From Dimorphilus gyrociliatus (taxonomy: Eukaryota > Animalia > Annelida): DNA of 64,000 nucleotides. The position numbers were made by a program, and so were the translations under genes. Within the stretch, counting starts at the first letter, position 1. Every line of letters starts with the position of its first letter. This document shows, one piece after another, positions 28,993 through 40,567 of the stretch. The stretch is from NCBI GenBank assembly GCA_904063045.1, contig CAJFCJ010000020.1:236425-300424 (forward strand), read 5' to 3'. Below the pieces are notes generated by a model. That model made no database searches, was not told the DNA's origin, and saw nothing but the letters and a program-made list of their open reading frames with translations.

Positions 28993-29405
28993 GTTTTGTA
29001 AACAAACAGTATGGTTTTTTAAATTATGTACTCCTTTAATAAATCTTTCGAATTTTTAAAGCTAAACCAACTACGTAGAGTACGGTTAGATAAACAAGAA
29101 CGCAGATGATACCATCATTTCTGATTGGCGCCACCTGGCTGTTGATAAGGGAGCAGAAGTTCGATTTGAACTGCCACCTGGCGCATCCCAAAAATTTGCG
29201 TGACGGGAGGGTAGGGAAAAAACGTTCTAACCGCTTTGTGATTTGTCTAAGATATCTGATAAGGCAGCGTGTAAGTTTTCACACAACATACAGCAAAAAA
29301 ATAAGCTGAGTAAGATGGGAAAAAGCTCTCGCTCGACGATAAAATGTAAAAGCTGATTTATTAGAGGGATACGTCGACGTAATTTCGTCTCTCACATGCC
29401 TAACC

Positions 29406-29419
29406 GTTGCTATGGTAAC
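29406..29419. promoter_or_regulatory. RFX X-box-like element
   Basis: GTTGCTATGGTAAC fits the GTNNC-AT-GGNAAC X-box palindrome and lies about 410 bp upstream of the GCC-repeat gene ATG. Confidence 0.55.
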
Positions 29420-32400
29420 GACGCAGCGGTGATTAGACGCCTCGAGGCTGCGTGACGCCTCACAATAAGGCAACTGTAATGATGAGAGTATTATACGGAT
29501 TCGACTTTGCAGTTGGGACGTAATTATGGGCGTCTGATAAAAATCATTTTCGAATAAATATTTTATAAGAGGATGTTCTTTAAAAATGCGGTTGACAAAG
29601 CTTGTCACTTGTCACAGAGACGTCCCTAGTGGGTAACTGCAACGAACTCCATTTCATACTCTTTTCAGTCTTTCTAATTTTTTTTCTCTCTATTTGACAA
29701 ATTGCAGACGGACTTGTCAATTTGAAGGAGACGTTCGGAGAGCACCTGCGTGCCACACCCTGTCAGGCGTCTAGAGCACGTGCAATCTCGGCGTCTCTCG
29801 ACTATGAGTAGCACCTGCACCCTTTGTCTTTGCGGAACACGTGCGCCCGGCAGATGTGCATACATATGACGGCCGTAGACGTCATGTTTGCTTTTGGTCT
29901 TTCCAATAAGACTGACGTTTCACTTTCTCAATCTAAGCCAACGCAATGGCTCGTTAAAAGACCGAAATCCGAAGCAATTTCACGCAACGTTACTCCTTTG
30001 GGGCGTCTCTGCGGCGTTTCACGGCTCGTTTTGTTTTATTCGGAGTCACCTTTCAAAAGCTATGAAAATTCGACTCCTAGCTTGTTTGCCTCACTCGTTC
30101 GAATGGGCGGATTGAGTTACTCGTAAACAAGTTGGCAAACTACGCTAAGGCTCGTGTATGTTTGTAAATGTTGCGTGTTTTTTGATAGGTTGGTTGTAAA
30201 GAGAAAAACATGGGCTCTCTCATCTCTCTCTTTGCCAGTCTGTCGTTCCTCCTTTCTCCGTTTAAGTCGGCAGATGACTAATACTCGCGACGACGTCGAG
30301 GCAGATGCGTGCTACGAATATTGCAGCTGTTGAGCATTCCCAGCACCTGGTATATGGCGTCGTCATCAACTGCAACGCCACCTGCACGTCCATCTGCCAC
30401 CTTTCTTGAAATAACCGCATCTGCTCGGAGCCCTCGAGATAGAAGCAGTTCATTGAAAAAAAGGAATACGGGGGTCGAATCAACAAGAGAATATAATCAG
30501 AGAGGAATACGATTTTAAAGAGAAATCGTTTAAGAAAGGCGATGACACTCGGTCCGTGCAGAGCTGGACCGCCTGTAATGACGTAACAGTTTCGAACGTT
30601 TCACGCACCTGGATCGAGTTGTGTCTATAGGCCGCCGTAGGCATTCGACACATGTCTTGTGCAGGTGGTGACATTCTTCGCATCACTGGTGCTGCCACTC
30701 CGTGAGAAAGTGGCGATTTGAATAACGAGCTTACTGTTTTTAAAGCTTCCGAAATAATACATGAGCATAACAAAGCAAAGAAGTATTTGATGAGAAACTA
30801 AATGAAGGAGCAAAAGAAAGAGTAGAAAGAGAAGTGGGAACAGAGAAGAGACAATAAATGAAAGGGAGATGGAGAGGGGGAGAGAGTGAATGAGGGAGAG
30901 GGTTGACGATTGAAATAAAGGAATGAATTTTCCACGTTTTTTATCTACAGGGTACTTAACGCCCAATTGTAATACCGGTCAGTCATTAGACGAGCCCGCG
31001 AATTGCATCACAAAACTCTCGAGCAGCTATGACACTTCCGTTCGTCGTTCAATAAATCACAAGTGCGACAAACAAATAACTCGAATAACCCAGCGATATT
31101 GCGATTTTTGGGCGTTCTGTCAACAGAAGTTGGCAGGTGAAATTATCGTGTCGAATACATAAAGAGCAGGGATTAAAAACGCCTCCTTTTGGATTAGATA
31201 GATTCAACCTTTTCACATTCTTTTTTTTTATGTCAAAATTCTTCTTGTACTCTCTCTTTTCTAGAAAAGTTCAAGCATCTCTCGTCACCCGTATGCATTC
31301 CTTGCGAATAAGCGCATCTGTGTTTTCCGAGGTCTTTCTTTCATTACTCCATTAGATCGAGCCTCACCAAAATATTGCCGTCACCTGGCGTTTGCCTTCG
31401 GAACGTTCTCCAGCACCAGGTGTCGAATGTATGGCGTGTCAGAGTAACAAGAGTGGCAATGTTTGGCGCCAAATGACAGGCATTCCTAAAGGCGCTTTTC
31501 TCCGCACCTGACTAAACACTGACGTATACATTTCGCCTTATTCAATAGGCCTATTTTGATTGGCCACCTAACAAACGAAAGAGGTTGGAAAAAGAAATAA
31601 AAGAGTAGATAGAAGGAAAGAGAGGAAGAAAAAAAATAAACGCCCGTCAAGTAGTGCGCATATGGCGTCTTCATTTCGCTGCGTCTGTCGCAGTTTGTCC
31701 AGCTTTCGAATATGCAGACAGACCAGACGCGTTACACATCTGCACCGCAGTTTGTCAGATAACAATATACTAATTAATTGATGTCATTTTTTTGTATTCA
31801 ACTATTCGTAAAAGCAATTTAGTTTTTACACTTGAATAATTCTTAAACAAACTATTATTTTGTCTTAAAAGAATGAAAACAAACTATATTACAATAATTT
31901 TTCTTGTACTAAGTAAACCGGTAGACGTCTCTCTTTTTCCAGATCACTTCATATATATTGCACTCGCCTGTTTTCCAGATCCGGCTGGATTTCTCGACAT
32001 TGACGACCGTGAGAGCGAAACCAGCTCGCTGCAAAAGAATAAATAATCGAATCAATAAAACAGGTGCGGGAACGAGACGTCTTCTAACAAAAAGGAAATA
32101 AAAAGCCCTAGTAGGGAGTTTTCTGAGACGGGTGCTTAAGACCGGATTTTTTATGAGTGAAACGGGCAAGCGTTAGCCCCCGGTGCAAAAAAATGCAAAT
32201 CTAATCAGGTCGTCGCGGCCGAACCTGACGTCGTCACTCGTAATCGAATTTTTTTCCTTCTTTACTTTTTTGCTACAAGAGCGCCGTCTTACAGCGTATT
32301 ACAGTCACGCGAGACGACGCAATCAAAGAAGAATCTCGCTTGGCGCATATCTAGTCGCCTAGAAGATTTCTCCGGGGACTAGAACCAACTTGTATGCGCT

Positions 32401-32996
32401 AAGCAATTGTTTTATTGACGCCCGTCGCTATGGTGACGGCGGTCATTACTAACGCTGCATAGACTTTCGTTGCCTAGCTGACTGCACAATGTGACGTCGC
32501 GTCGATATAAATATATTCATTTACTTGCTAAACAAACTTATGTATAAATATAAATAGGAAAATTCAACTTACCAATTAAAGGACGGTTGAGATATCCAGA
32601 AAAACGCTGATTAGTACCAGCGTTTCTCTATATATAATGATTAAAATGGTTGAATGTCGGTTGTCTGCAATAACAAATAAAACATGAGATATGTACATTT
32701 TTGTTATTTTCACATATTCTATCAACTATTCGATAAACTATAGTACATTGCTTAAAAGAAACGCACAGATGTGCTTAAAAAGATAGAGAGCATTAAACGC
32801 CGGCTGGTTTGTTTATGATGAATAATAGAGAGCGGGCGATAATTTACGAAAATGAAATAGCAGATGCTTCGTTTCGAATTGTTTAGACAAGTTTGCGAGA
32901 AAAGCCGGCGGCGTATGGCGTGCACCTGCACCTGTACCGTGTCAATACTTAACAGTTTGCTATGACGACCCCCGCTTTATCGGGCAGATAAGCCCT

Positions 32997-33446
32997 TTAC
33001 AAACAAGCATCATCTGGCACCCCAGCAATGTTTTCATAGGCGCTGTTTGTCTGAACGGCCGACTCGTATGATGTTATCTCGAATAGGCGCCTTTTATAAA
33101 TAAGTCTGATAAGGCGCCGTTTGACATCGAACAGACAACTTACCGTTAACCGGTGAAATGGTAAATTCATTGGGTTTTCGCCTAAAGGCGTTCGTCCTTC
33201 AGTAGGCAGGCAGGGTGAACAGTCGAGTTCGAGCGTCATTTCCAGATCGAAAATATAGTCAATAACGTGTTGTAGGAGTTGTACTTTGCTGACCTTCTTG
33301 TCGTTAGGTATTGTAGGTACGAGATCTCGTAATTTGGCAAAGTAAGAGGCCATTTCACCATCGATTACGTGTGTAGCATGTGATTTCTTCACACCACCTT
33401 CTCTCATAGCTCCAGCAGTACGAGGTTGACAAATTTTAGCTTTCAT
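32997..33446 (-). CDS. id/emc: Id/extramacrochaetae HLH inhibitor lacking a basic region, 118 aa. Exons 33446-33144 and 33050-32997
   Basis: The N-terminus MKAK is Id-like. The [38 protein letters not shown] has no basic region, and RTPL follows it as in Id proteins. A 93-bp GT-AG intron gives the C-terminus VPDDACL, reminiscent of ID1. Confidence 0.9.
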   Translation of the reverse strand: MKAKICQPRTAGAMREGGVKKSHATHVIDGEMASYFAKLRDLVPTIPNDKKVSKVQLLQHVIDYIFDLEMTLELDCSPCLPTEGRTPLGENPMNLPFHRLTVSCLFDVKRRLIRLIYKRRLFEITSYESAVQTNSAYENIAGVPDDACL

Positions 33447-33611
33447 TTTCTTATTTGATTCGTAAACACAAATTCCTTTTCTCAAAAATAACAATTTGTA
33501 GGCAGTATAGTCGCTTTTTCGTTAGTAAATTTTCCTCAGTATGGAAAAACTCAAGACGTTTCGTAATCAACTTCTGGGAACGATCTACATCGACATTAGG
33601 CAACAATTCAG

Positions 33612-33700
33612 TATATATACTTGAATTGGTAGGGTTCCGTATTCCGTATCACAAATCTAACCAATCAGCGTCAAGAGTTTTAGGGCTCTTAACCAATCAC
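33612..33700 (-). promoter_or_regulatory. Putative Id core promoter
   Basis: TATATATA at 33612-33619 and CCAAT boxes near 33661 and 33692, 170-250 bp upstream of the ATG. Confidence 0.45.
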
Positions 33701-33928
33701 CCCTTAGAGCACAGCAATGTCAATCACTGTTCAAACACCTGTTCTCAATAGCTGCCACCAATTATGTGATGACTGTCGTACTGCAATAGCTAAGATTTTT
33801 CCTCTTTTTTAAGAAGGCGTGTTCACAATTTTTGACGGCTCGGCAGGTGAAGCTGCGGGAAAGCCATCGAGTCGTTCGGTCAGCAGCTGTTAAACGCCTA
33901 TAGGTGGTTGAAAAGATCAAAAGCCCGA

Positions 33929-35828
33929 TTCCCACAGATTGAAAGCCGACGTTCAGCATTTATATAGGCTGATTTGCACGTCCGAGCAGGCTTATTTCTT
34001 GTTCTTATTGTTTTGCAGGTGCAGCTCGTTCAAAGACATTTTTCCCACACTGTTCATACAAAATCAAATATTCCCGGGCGCCGTACTGTCTGTACAACCA
34101 TTCAGACATAACACCTTTCTGGCGCCGGCCTGGCGCCTCCTCCCCGTCATTTCAAAGCACCGCGCTGATAAAACACATTAAAAGTGCTCAGGTGTTCACC
34201 AGGCCACACACACCTGCACATTTGCATACAACTCATGAATATGTATTAGCCGTAGTAAAGAAAAACATGTATACATATACAAGTTAGGCCTATTATTAAA
34301 TACACGGAAAGAATAATTGATCTGCTCGGACGACTATTGATCGCGATCGATCGCAGCTGGTTGTTGGCCATTGCCTTCGATGACCCTTTCTAAAACGGAT
34401 AGGACGGGGAACAGCAGATGTAAGGAAGAACTCTTGACAGGTGCTGCCTAGCATTCCATTCTCCACCTGGCACTATTGTGCCGCATATGTTCGGTCATGC
34501 GCCGCTGCGCCAATCCACGTTCCATGCACATTTCATGCGGTGCGTGGAATTTAATAAATGAATGAAGGAATGAAGGCAAGGAATAAAAAATGGAAAAGAA
34601 GAGAAAAGAGAGATAGCATGCATGAAATATACTGTATTTTAACAATGAGAACGCCCGTCTGTCTCTCCCTGATGCTGCCATCGCCATCATATCCGCAACC
34701 GGCTTCGGTTCATTTCCTGTTTCTGTTCAGCATAGTAAAAGCGTTTCCAAGGAAACGCTTCATTCGATACGTTATCGATTCTGCGTTAAATAATTATATA
34801 CGCTATATTGACAAGGCATTTTTGCAAGAGTCATAGGAAACGTTGGACGGTTGTCATTTGAAGCAATTATGTATTTATTCATTAATAATGCAATACAAAA
34901 ACGCCCCCGATACGGCGATTAAAACTCAATAACGAAGCTTATTATATCGCCGTGAAATACTGCAATACATCACGAACTGAAGCGACTGCAATTTAGCGAC
35001 CGTGTAATTGCAGTTGCAGATGACCGAATCTGGTACTTGTGCACAAAGTAATTATTAACAGTTAGTTCATTCTGTTCTTGCAGTGTCAAAACTAAGTTCG
35101 CACTCGTTCAGTCATCTCGGCGTTTCACACGCACAAAAACTGCTGCAATTTTCCATTCATATTCACCGGAAGTTAGTCTTTGCTGCCCCTATGTGTAAAC
35201 TGCATAAAATACTGTGAAAAACCACTGAATTTATCATCAAAATCTGTCTATTCATGACGATCAGTTTTATCTCCACTATTAATGTACTCTCAACAAATTA
35301 TTGGTTTAAGTTAGACAACAGAGTGATGTTAAAAATCAATGGTACGGGTCAAAGATTGTTTGCAGTCTTCGTGCGTGTCACCTTTCACTTGTTTGCAATC
35401 AATCAGAAAGAAATCCGAGGTTCGGCTTAGACAGGCCTATTTAAATGGTGACGTATATTTATATGTTTAATATACTGAATAAATGTATATAAAACCTTAG
35501 CTGGGTGTGTTTAGAATGGTAATGTATCTTGTGTTCGTATGGGAGAAACGATCAAGAGGTCAAGAATGCCTGGTTGCTCCTCATAAAAGCAAGGTCACCA
35601 TAGATTAAATTGTCAATGTAAGATAGTACTAACTTTATTAAAAGATTCACAGCGAGAGATAAGTGAATGTTTTAATAGACGTGATTTATCTCGTCTGTTC
35701 GTTAATAAGCGGCGAGTATAGAAAACTGTCAGTCATAGTACTCTCTCTTTATCAGATCATCAATACAACGGTTTACTGCTAACTGTATACCAAGGTGGTC
35801 ATTGACGGTCACTTCAAAAGCGTGGGAA
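33929..35828. promoter_or_regulatory. Su(H)/RBPJ consensus sites upstream of Id
   Basis: TTCCCACA at 33929 and 34042, and CGTGGGAA at 35821. A further CGTGAGAA lies downstream of the gene at 30701. Confidence 0.45.
34077..34092 (+). promoter_or_regulatory. BMP response element (Smad1/5-Smad4/Schnurri type) upstream of Id
   Basis: GGCGCC-GTACT-GTCTG is an exact GRCGNC(N5)GTCTG match. Two further GGCGCC sites lie at 34121 and 34132. Confidence 0.65.
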
Positions 35829-38800
35829 AGCTAAAAATGGCTGAACCTGAATAGGGCTTACTCATTCTTTCTAATAGTTCTACCCCCATAAATATTTATG
35901 TTAAGGCTACTTTATCAAAGAGGGATTTTTTCTTATCTATCGTTCTTCAGGATGAGGATGTTGTTGCTTTTCTTCCCCCTATTTGATTTCCCTTGTCCAG
36001 ACATTTAGCACTCTGTTGAAGAATCAGCTATGTGATTTTTTGCTTTGTGTGACACTAGATAAGCATCAAGACGCAAATGCTAGCTCTAAGTTGCGTCACT
36101 GTTCCCAATTAGTTTATTAATTAGCGCTTGTTCTACAACGAAGGGCAGGTGAGTAGTCAGGTGCATGGAATGTTGTTCCACTATTATAAGCAGATGGCTA
36201 GCTAGAAAAAAAACGCTACAGCTGTGCTTATACGTTCAAAAGTTTGATTCCCTACTCTCTTTTAACCCCCCACCTTCGTTATCTAATTCACGTTCCTAGC
36301 ACCTCGGTGCCGCCATCCGAGACGATTTAAAGCGGATTTTGTTTAGGTTTCGGCTAAAATGGAATGCGTTTGAACTAAACCGCCAGATGTGCTCAGGCCC
36401 GACGCTTTGAAAAGCGTCGTCAAGCGCAATTAAAATTCCACGAATTTCCTTGCTGGCTTTTGATGTCGTCGGCGACTTATAGAAATTTAGAGGAAGAAAA
36501 GGTGTATACAGGGAATGGGGCGTTATACAAGAGCATTGTTCGTGTTTACGTGAATCGGGCGTTTGTTTCGGCTGTAAGCGCTTTGATCTAAAAGCGTCAC
36601 GATAAACTCTTGCGCAGGTGCGGTATTCATGAAATTTTTTATCCAACTTTCCGTTACGCTCTACCGGCTCGGTGGGCTCCCCATTTACTAATTGTACTTT
36701 CAGTAGCCTCTCCATTAATAAATAAAGAAGTGAGGGGGGTTAAACGAAAAAGAGAAAGGCACATAGGCAAAACTAGAAAGGATTGTTTGCTGGTTATGGG
36801 GGCGGCATTGGAACGCGCTAACGAGCATAAAAGAGGAGAGTTTGCCCGATAATTGGAGTTCGTATCAGATCGAACGCGTTTGGCCGGTCATGCAGAATAA
36901 ACATCGTTCTGCATAACTTTCTCTTTAGATTAACGCATCATGAAACAAAGTCTGTTTGTCAAAAGTATATTAAAATGTAACTTTTACGTAATCATTAGTA
37001 AAGAAATTGAAACGTAGGGTGGGGACGAGTAAAAAGAGTAAATCTGGCAATATATAATTGATAAATATCGCCTGCAACCTGTCAGTTCTCACGTAAAACT
37101 GGCCGTCTGAGAAATGGGAGAAGGCGTATTTAATTACGTGCCGAAGCATATTGTCTTAACGCTCCGTAAATAAAATGAAACAACTATTATAATAATTAAT
37201 CGGGCGTTAAGCATTATTGTTCTTTTAGCGCCTCTTCTTTCATTCTCTCTCCAACCTTCCTACCGTATAAGTATTACCTCGTATTCGTATATTAATGTAT
37301 GTAAAAGTTCGGTTGTACAATAAAGGATTTTTCCTCTCATTATTCCCTTGCCTTTGGCTACATTTCAACGCTTCGTAACAAAGGGGAGATGAAGAGATAA
37401 GATTGTCAAAAGTATTTATATGACCTTCATTTAACAAAAGGCCATTTTCTTTAACCTATGGCTAAAAATTTCTTTTTTTATTTAAAAGCCAATGATTTTT
37501 TCTAAGTATTCAGCACATTTTAGGCATTTAGCATGAAACGCCTTCTATCGGTTTTACTATTTGTTTAAAATGTCACTGTAGATGGCAGTAATCATTTACT
37601 AATAGAAAGTATTCATGATAAGTCATGGTAATGGATTTAAAAAAAGACAATAAATTTCCGTTAGTTGTTTTCAATACCTTGAATACGTGATGTTTACACA
37701 AGTGCTAATTAACTACTATCATTATTTACCTTTAATTATCACAGATAATAGGTCTTCCGTTTAAAAAATTTCGAATATTTCAATAGGAAATATAGTATAT
37801 TTTCAATTTAAAGATTATTGATTAAATAGCTTCTTATTATTCAAAATGTATGTTTACATAAAAGAGCTTAAGTGCCATTCAAATGAAAGCGGTTTCTACG
37901 TAATTTACATGCATTAACCTATATTATGTAATATAAGCAGATGAAAGTCTGGCGGAGAATAACCAGACACGGATCAATAGTGACATCTAGTAGCTAAAAA
38001 AGCATTATATTTCTTTTTTTGTATACTAGTTTTATTTTCAACACTAAACATCGATAACTTCACGAACCAAATTGTACAAATACAAAGAAATAAAATTTTA
38101 GCAATTGTTGTTAATTACATGAAAGGTAAAAAGTAAAAATAGGTCAGAATTAGGCATATAAAAGGTGTGAAATGAAAAAATTATAAACACTAACGCCCAT
38201 AGCAAGTATCCTTAATTTTAGAAAAGTAAAACGTGTTTAGAATTACCTTTTTTTCATATTATTTACGTAAAATAGGCAGTTTTTTTAGTTTAATTAAAAC
38301 ACAAAAAAACTATTGCAAAATCTCCCTTTCTGTATTTTTCATTGATTTTCTCTCTTATTTAAAAAGATTTGAAAGAAAAGGAAAAGAACAATATGAGATG
38401 GCGGAAGGAAAGAATAAATAGAAACGATAAGAGAGCATTTTATCGGAATTCCTAACATAGTTTTAATAGGAAATTTACCAATGTCAAAGTGTAAATGTGT
38501 ATTATATATTTCAATAAATCAAGGGAGTTAAGACAAAAGAAAGGTTTTTTTAACTTCTTTTTATCTTTATATTAAACGGCTATTTATTTTTAACTGTTTA
38601 CATTAGTAAAAAGACGAAGTTGCTGAGAAAAAAGTTTGTAACAGTTGTTTTTATATAAAAAAAAGTATATAAAGAATATTATAATAAAAAGTAAATTGAT
38701 ATTAAAATTAGAGACAATGCCCTTGTAGGTTAAGATGAAATTTATAATAGTTATAGTATGAGTATACAGTAACGATTTATCTTTCAATGATATTTATTAC

Positions 38801-39482
38801 TCATGATGGAGGGAAATTACTTATAAATGCAATAAGAATGTCTAAAATGGAGGAAAGTAGTTGAATTATAATTTTGTTTTAGTATTAAACCAATATTAAA
38901 CAATAAAGATACAGTTTACTAGTTATTTTTAGATACAAAAATTCTGTTTTATCAGTGTGAGAAATAGAAAATTTAGCGTACCGCATTCTTTTTGTATCAC
39001 TTTTCAAAGTTTATAAAAGGGTGTATTTATCATTCTATCATCTATACTAATGGTTGAAAATATCTAGATAGTTTATCAGAATGCCATTTAGAGGTTGGTT
39101 AACTGTTTTCAAACCTTTTTTAATGAAATTATTTTGTGATTGCATAAGAATTTATAAAATGATTTTGCCACTATTTACTCTTTTTGCTTTAGTTTTATTT
39201 ATTGAAAGGAAATAAGAAAAAAAAGACAAAAGCTTCTAATTTAATTGTTTTTTCCGTTTAAATCGTTCAACAGATACATTCCTGCTTAAATGACTTTTGA
39301 CATTAGTTAAATAGTACAAAGTAAAAAAGCTATGTAAGTGTACAAGATGCTACAAAGAGATTTTTACTAATATTTTTTAATCAGATTTTTCCTCCATAAA
39401 CTGAAAATTTTTACGTCAAATCAAGCATTCATAAGTTCTGTAAAACGACAATAGATACTTTAATCTATTGACAACTTTTTCG

Positions 39483-39758
39483 CTAGTAAAATTTTAAAAT
39501 TGCCACAACTATGGAGAAGAAAGTGACGAAGGAAGATTTATGGTATACTCCACCACTAGTAGTAACTTCCGGAGTTGATGTTGTCATATTAGTTGTTACC
39601 TACGAAAGATACAAAAGAATTTCAAATATAATTCGCTAAAATTTTAGGAGTAGAATTAAAAATATTACCGTATCTGTAGTGGATGTTTCTGCTCCACAGA
39701 TGGCAAAAACAATAACGAATAAGAGAGCAAAAACGTGAAGAAAAGTTGCATAATTCAT
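39483..39758 (-). CDS. 68-aa secreted Thr-rich micro-protein with a C-terminal GPI-anchor-type signal. Coding exons 39758-39669 and 39599-39483, with a likely 5'UTR exon ending at 39843
   Basis: Spliced translation: MNYATFLHVFALLFVIVFAICGAETSTTDT|VTTNMTTSTPEVTTSGGVYHKSSFVTFFSIVVAILKFY*. The GT-AG introns (69 and 77 bp) have clear polypyrimidine tracts, and the Kozak-like context is AAAATG. Confidence 0.75.
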
Positions 39759-40567
39759 TTTTAAGCTGCAGTTGAAAATAAAATGAAAAATGTTGTATGA
39801 AAAAAAAAATAAGCATCTTTCTTGTCAAAGGAAATTTTATACCTACTTTATCGTTGGAAGTCTTTTGGTCCTCTCACTTTTGTTAGTTTTTAGCGAGTGG
39901 TGTATCTTTACCTTGTAGCTGTATTTATATAAAATATATCAGTCTATATTTACAGTATATATATGCCCCGGTCGTAAATACGTAGTCGAGGAATTGGTTA
40001 ACAGCGACACCTATGTTGAATAGGACTTTAAAATTAAAATTTTTGTTTTAATTTCTGTTTTAAAGTTTTACTGTCTTAATATTTGTTCAAATATCATTGA
40101 CTGATACATGTAACCGTAATTTTTATTTATATAAGAGATAAATAAAAGCGTTAAGCATTTAACTTATTTAAAGGACGGAAAGATATGAGAAAGGTGAAGG
40201 AGTAACGTCAAAATACTAAGATAAAAAGCCATAATTCTTAGTCTTTATTATCATCACGAAATTAGATTATTCATACAAGGATGAGGAGTATGATGGTTGT
40301 GAGTCATTTTAGGAACAAAATCGTGATTCTTTTGTTTTAACAAACAGTAATTAAGTTATTTTTTTTTATAGTAAAAAAAAATCGTAATTTTGTGGCTCGA
40401 AGTTGTGAAATTTTTTCGTCAATACTTAACACAGCCCATAAAAACTTCCGTGCATGTTTATATGCAATATTTGAGAACTTAAACTTTTAATAATGTTTAT
40501 TTAAAAAACTTTAGAATTAATTAATTAATTATTAATTGATTGTTAATTCTAATCCCAATTTTCTTTT

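Noticed and set aside
31956-31976. miR-92-like sequence TATTGCACTCG
   Set aside because: Only the first 11 nt match, and I see no precursor hairpin.
32997-33494. Id as a single 165-aa ORF starting MLFLRK
   Set aside because: MKAK at 33446 matches Id N-termini, and a canonical intron lies inside the ORF. Intron retention is reported separately as a finding.
36296-36715. 139-aa minus-strand ORF upstream of Id
   Set aside because: It has no recognisable domain or splice context and lies in the motif-rich regulatory zone, where higher GC lengthens chance ORFs.
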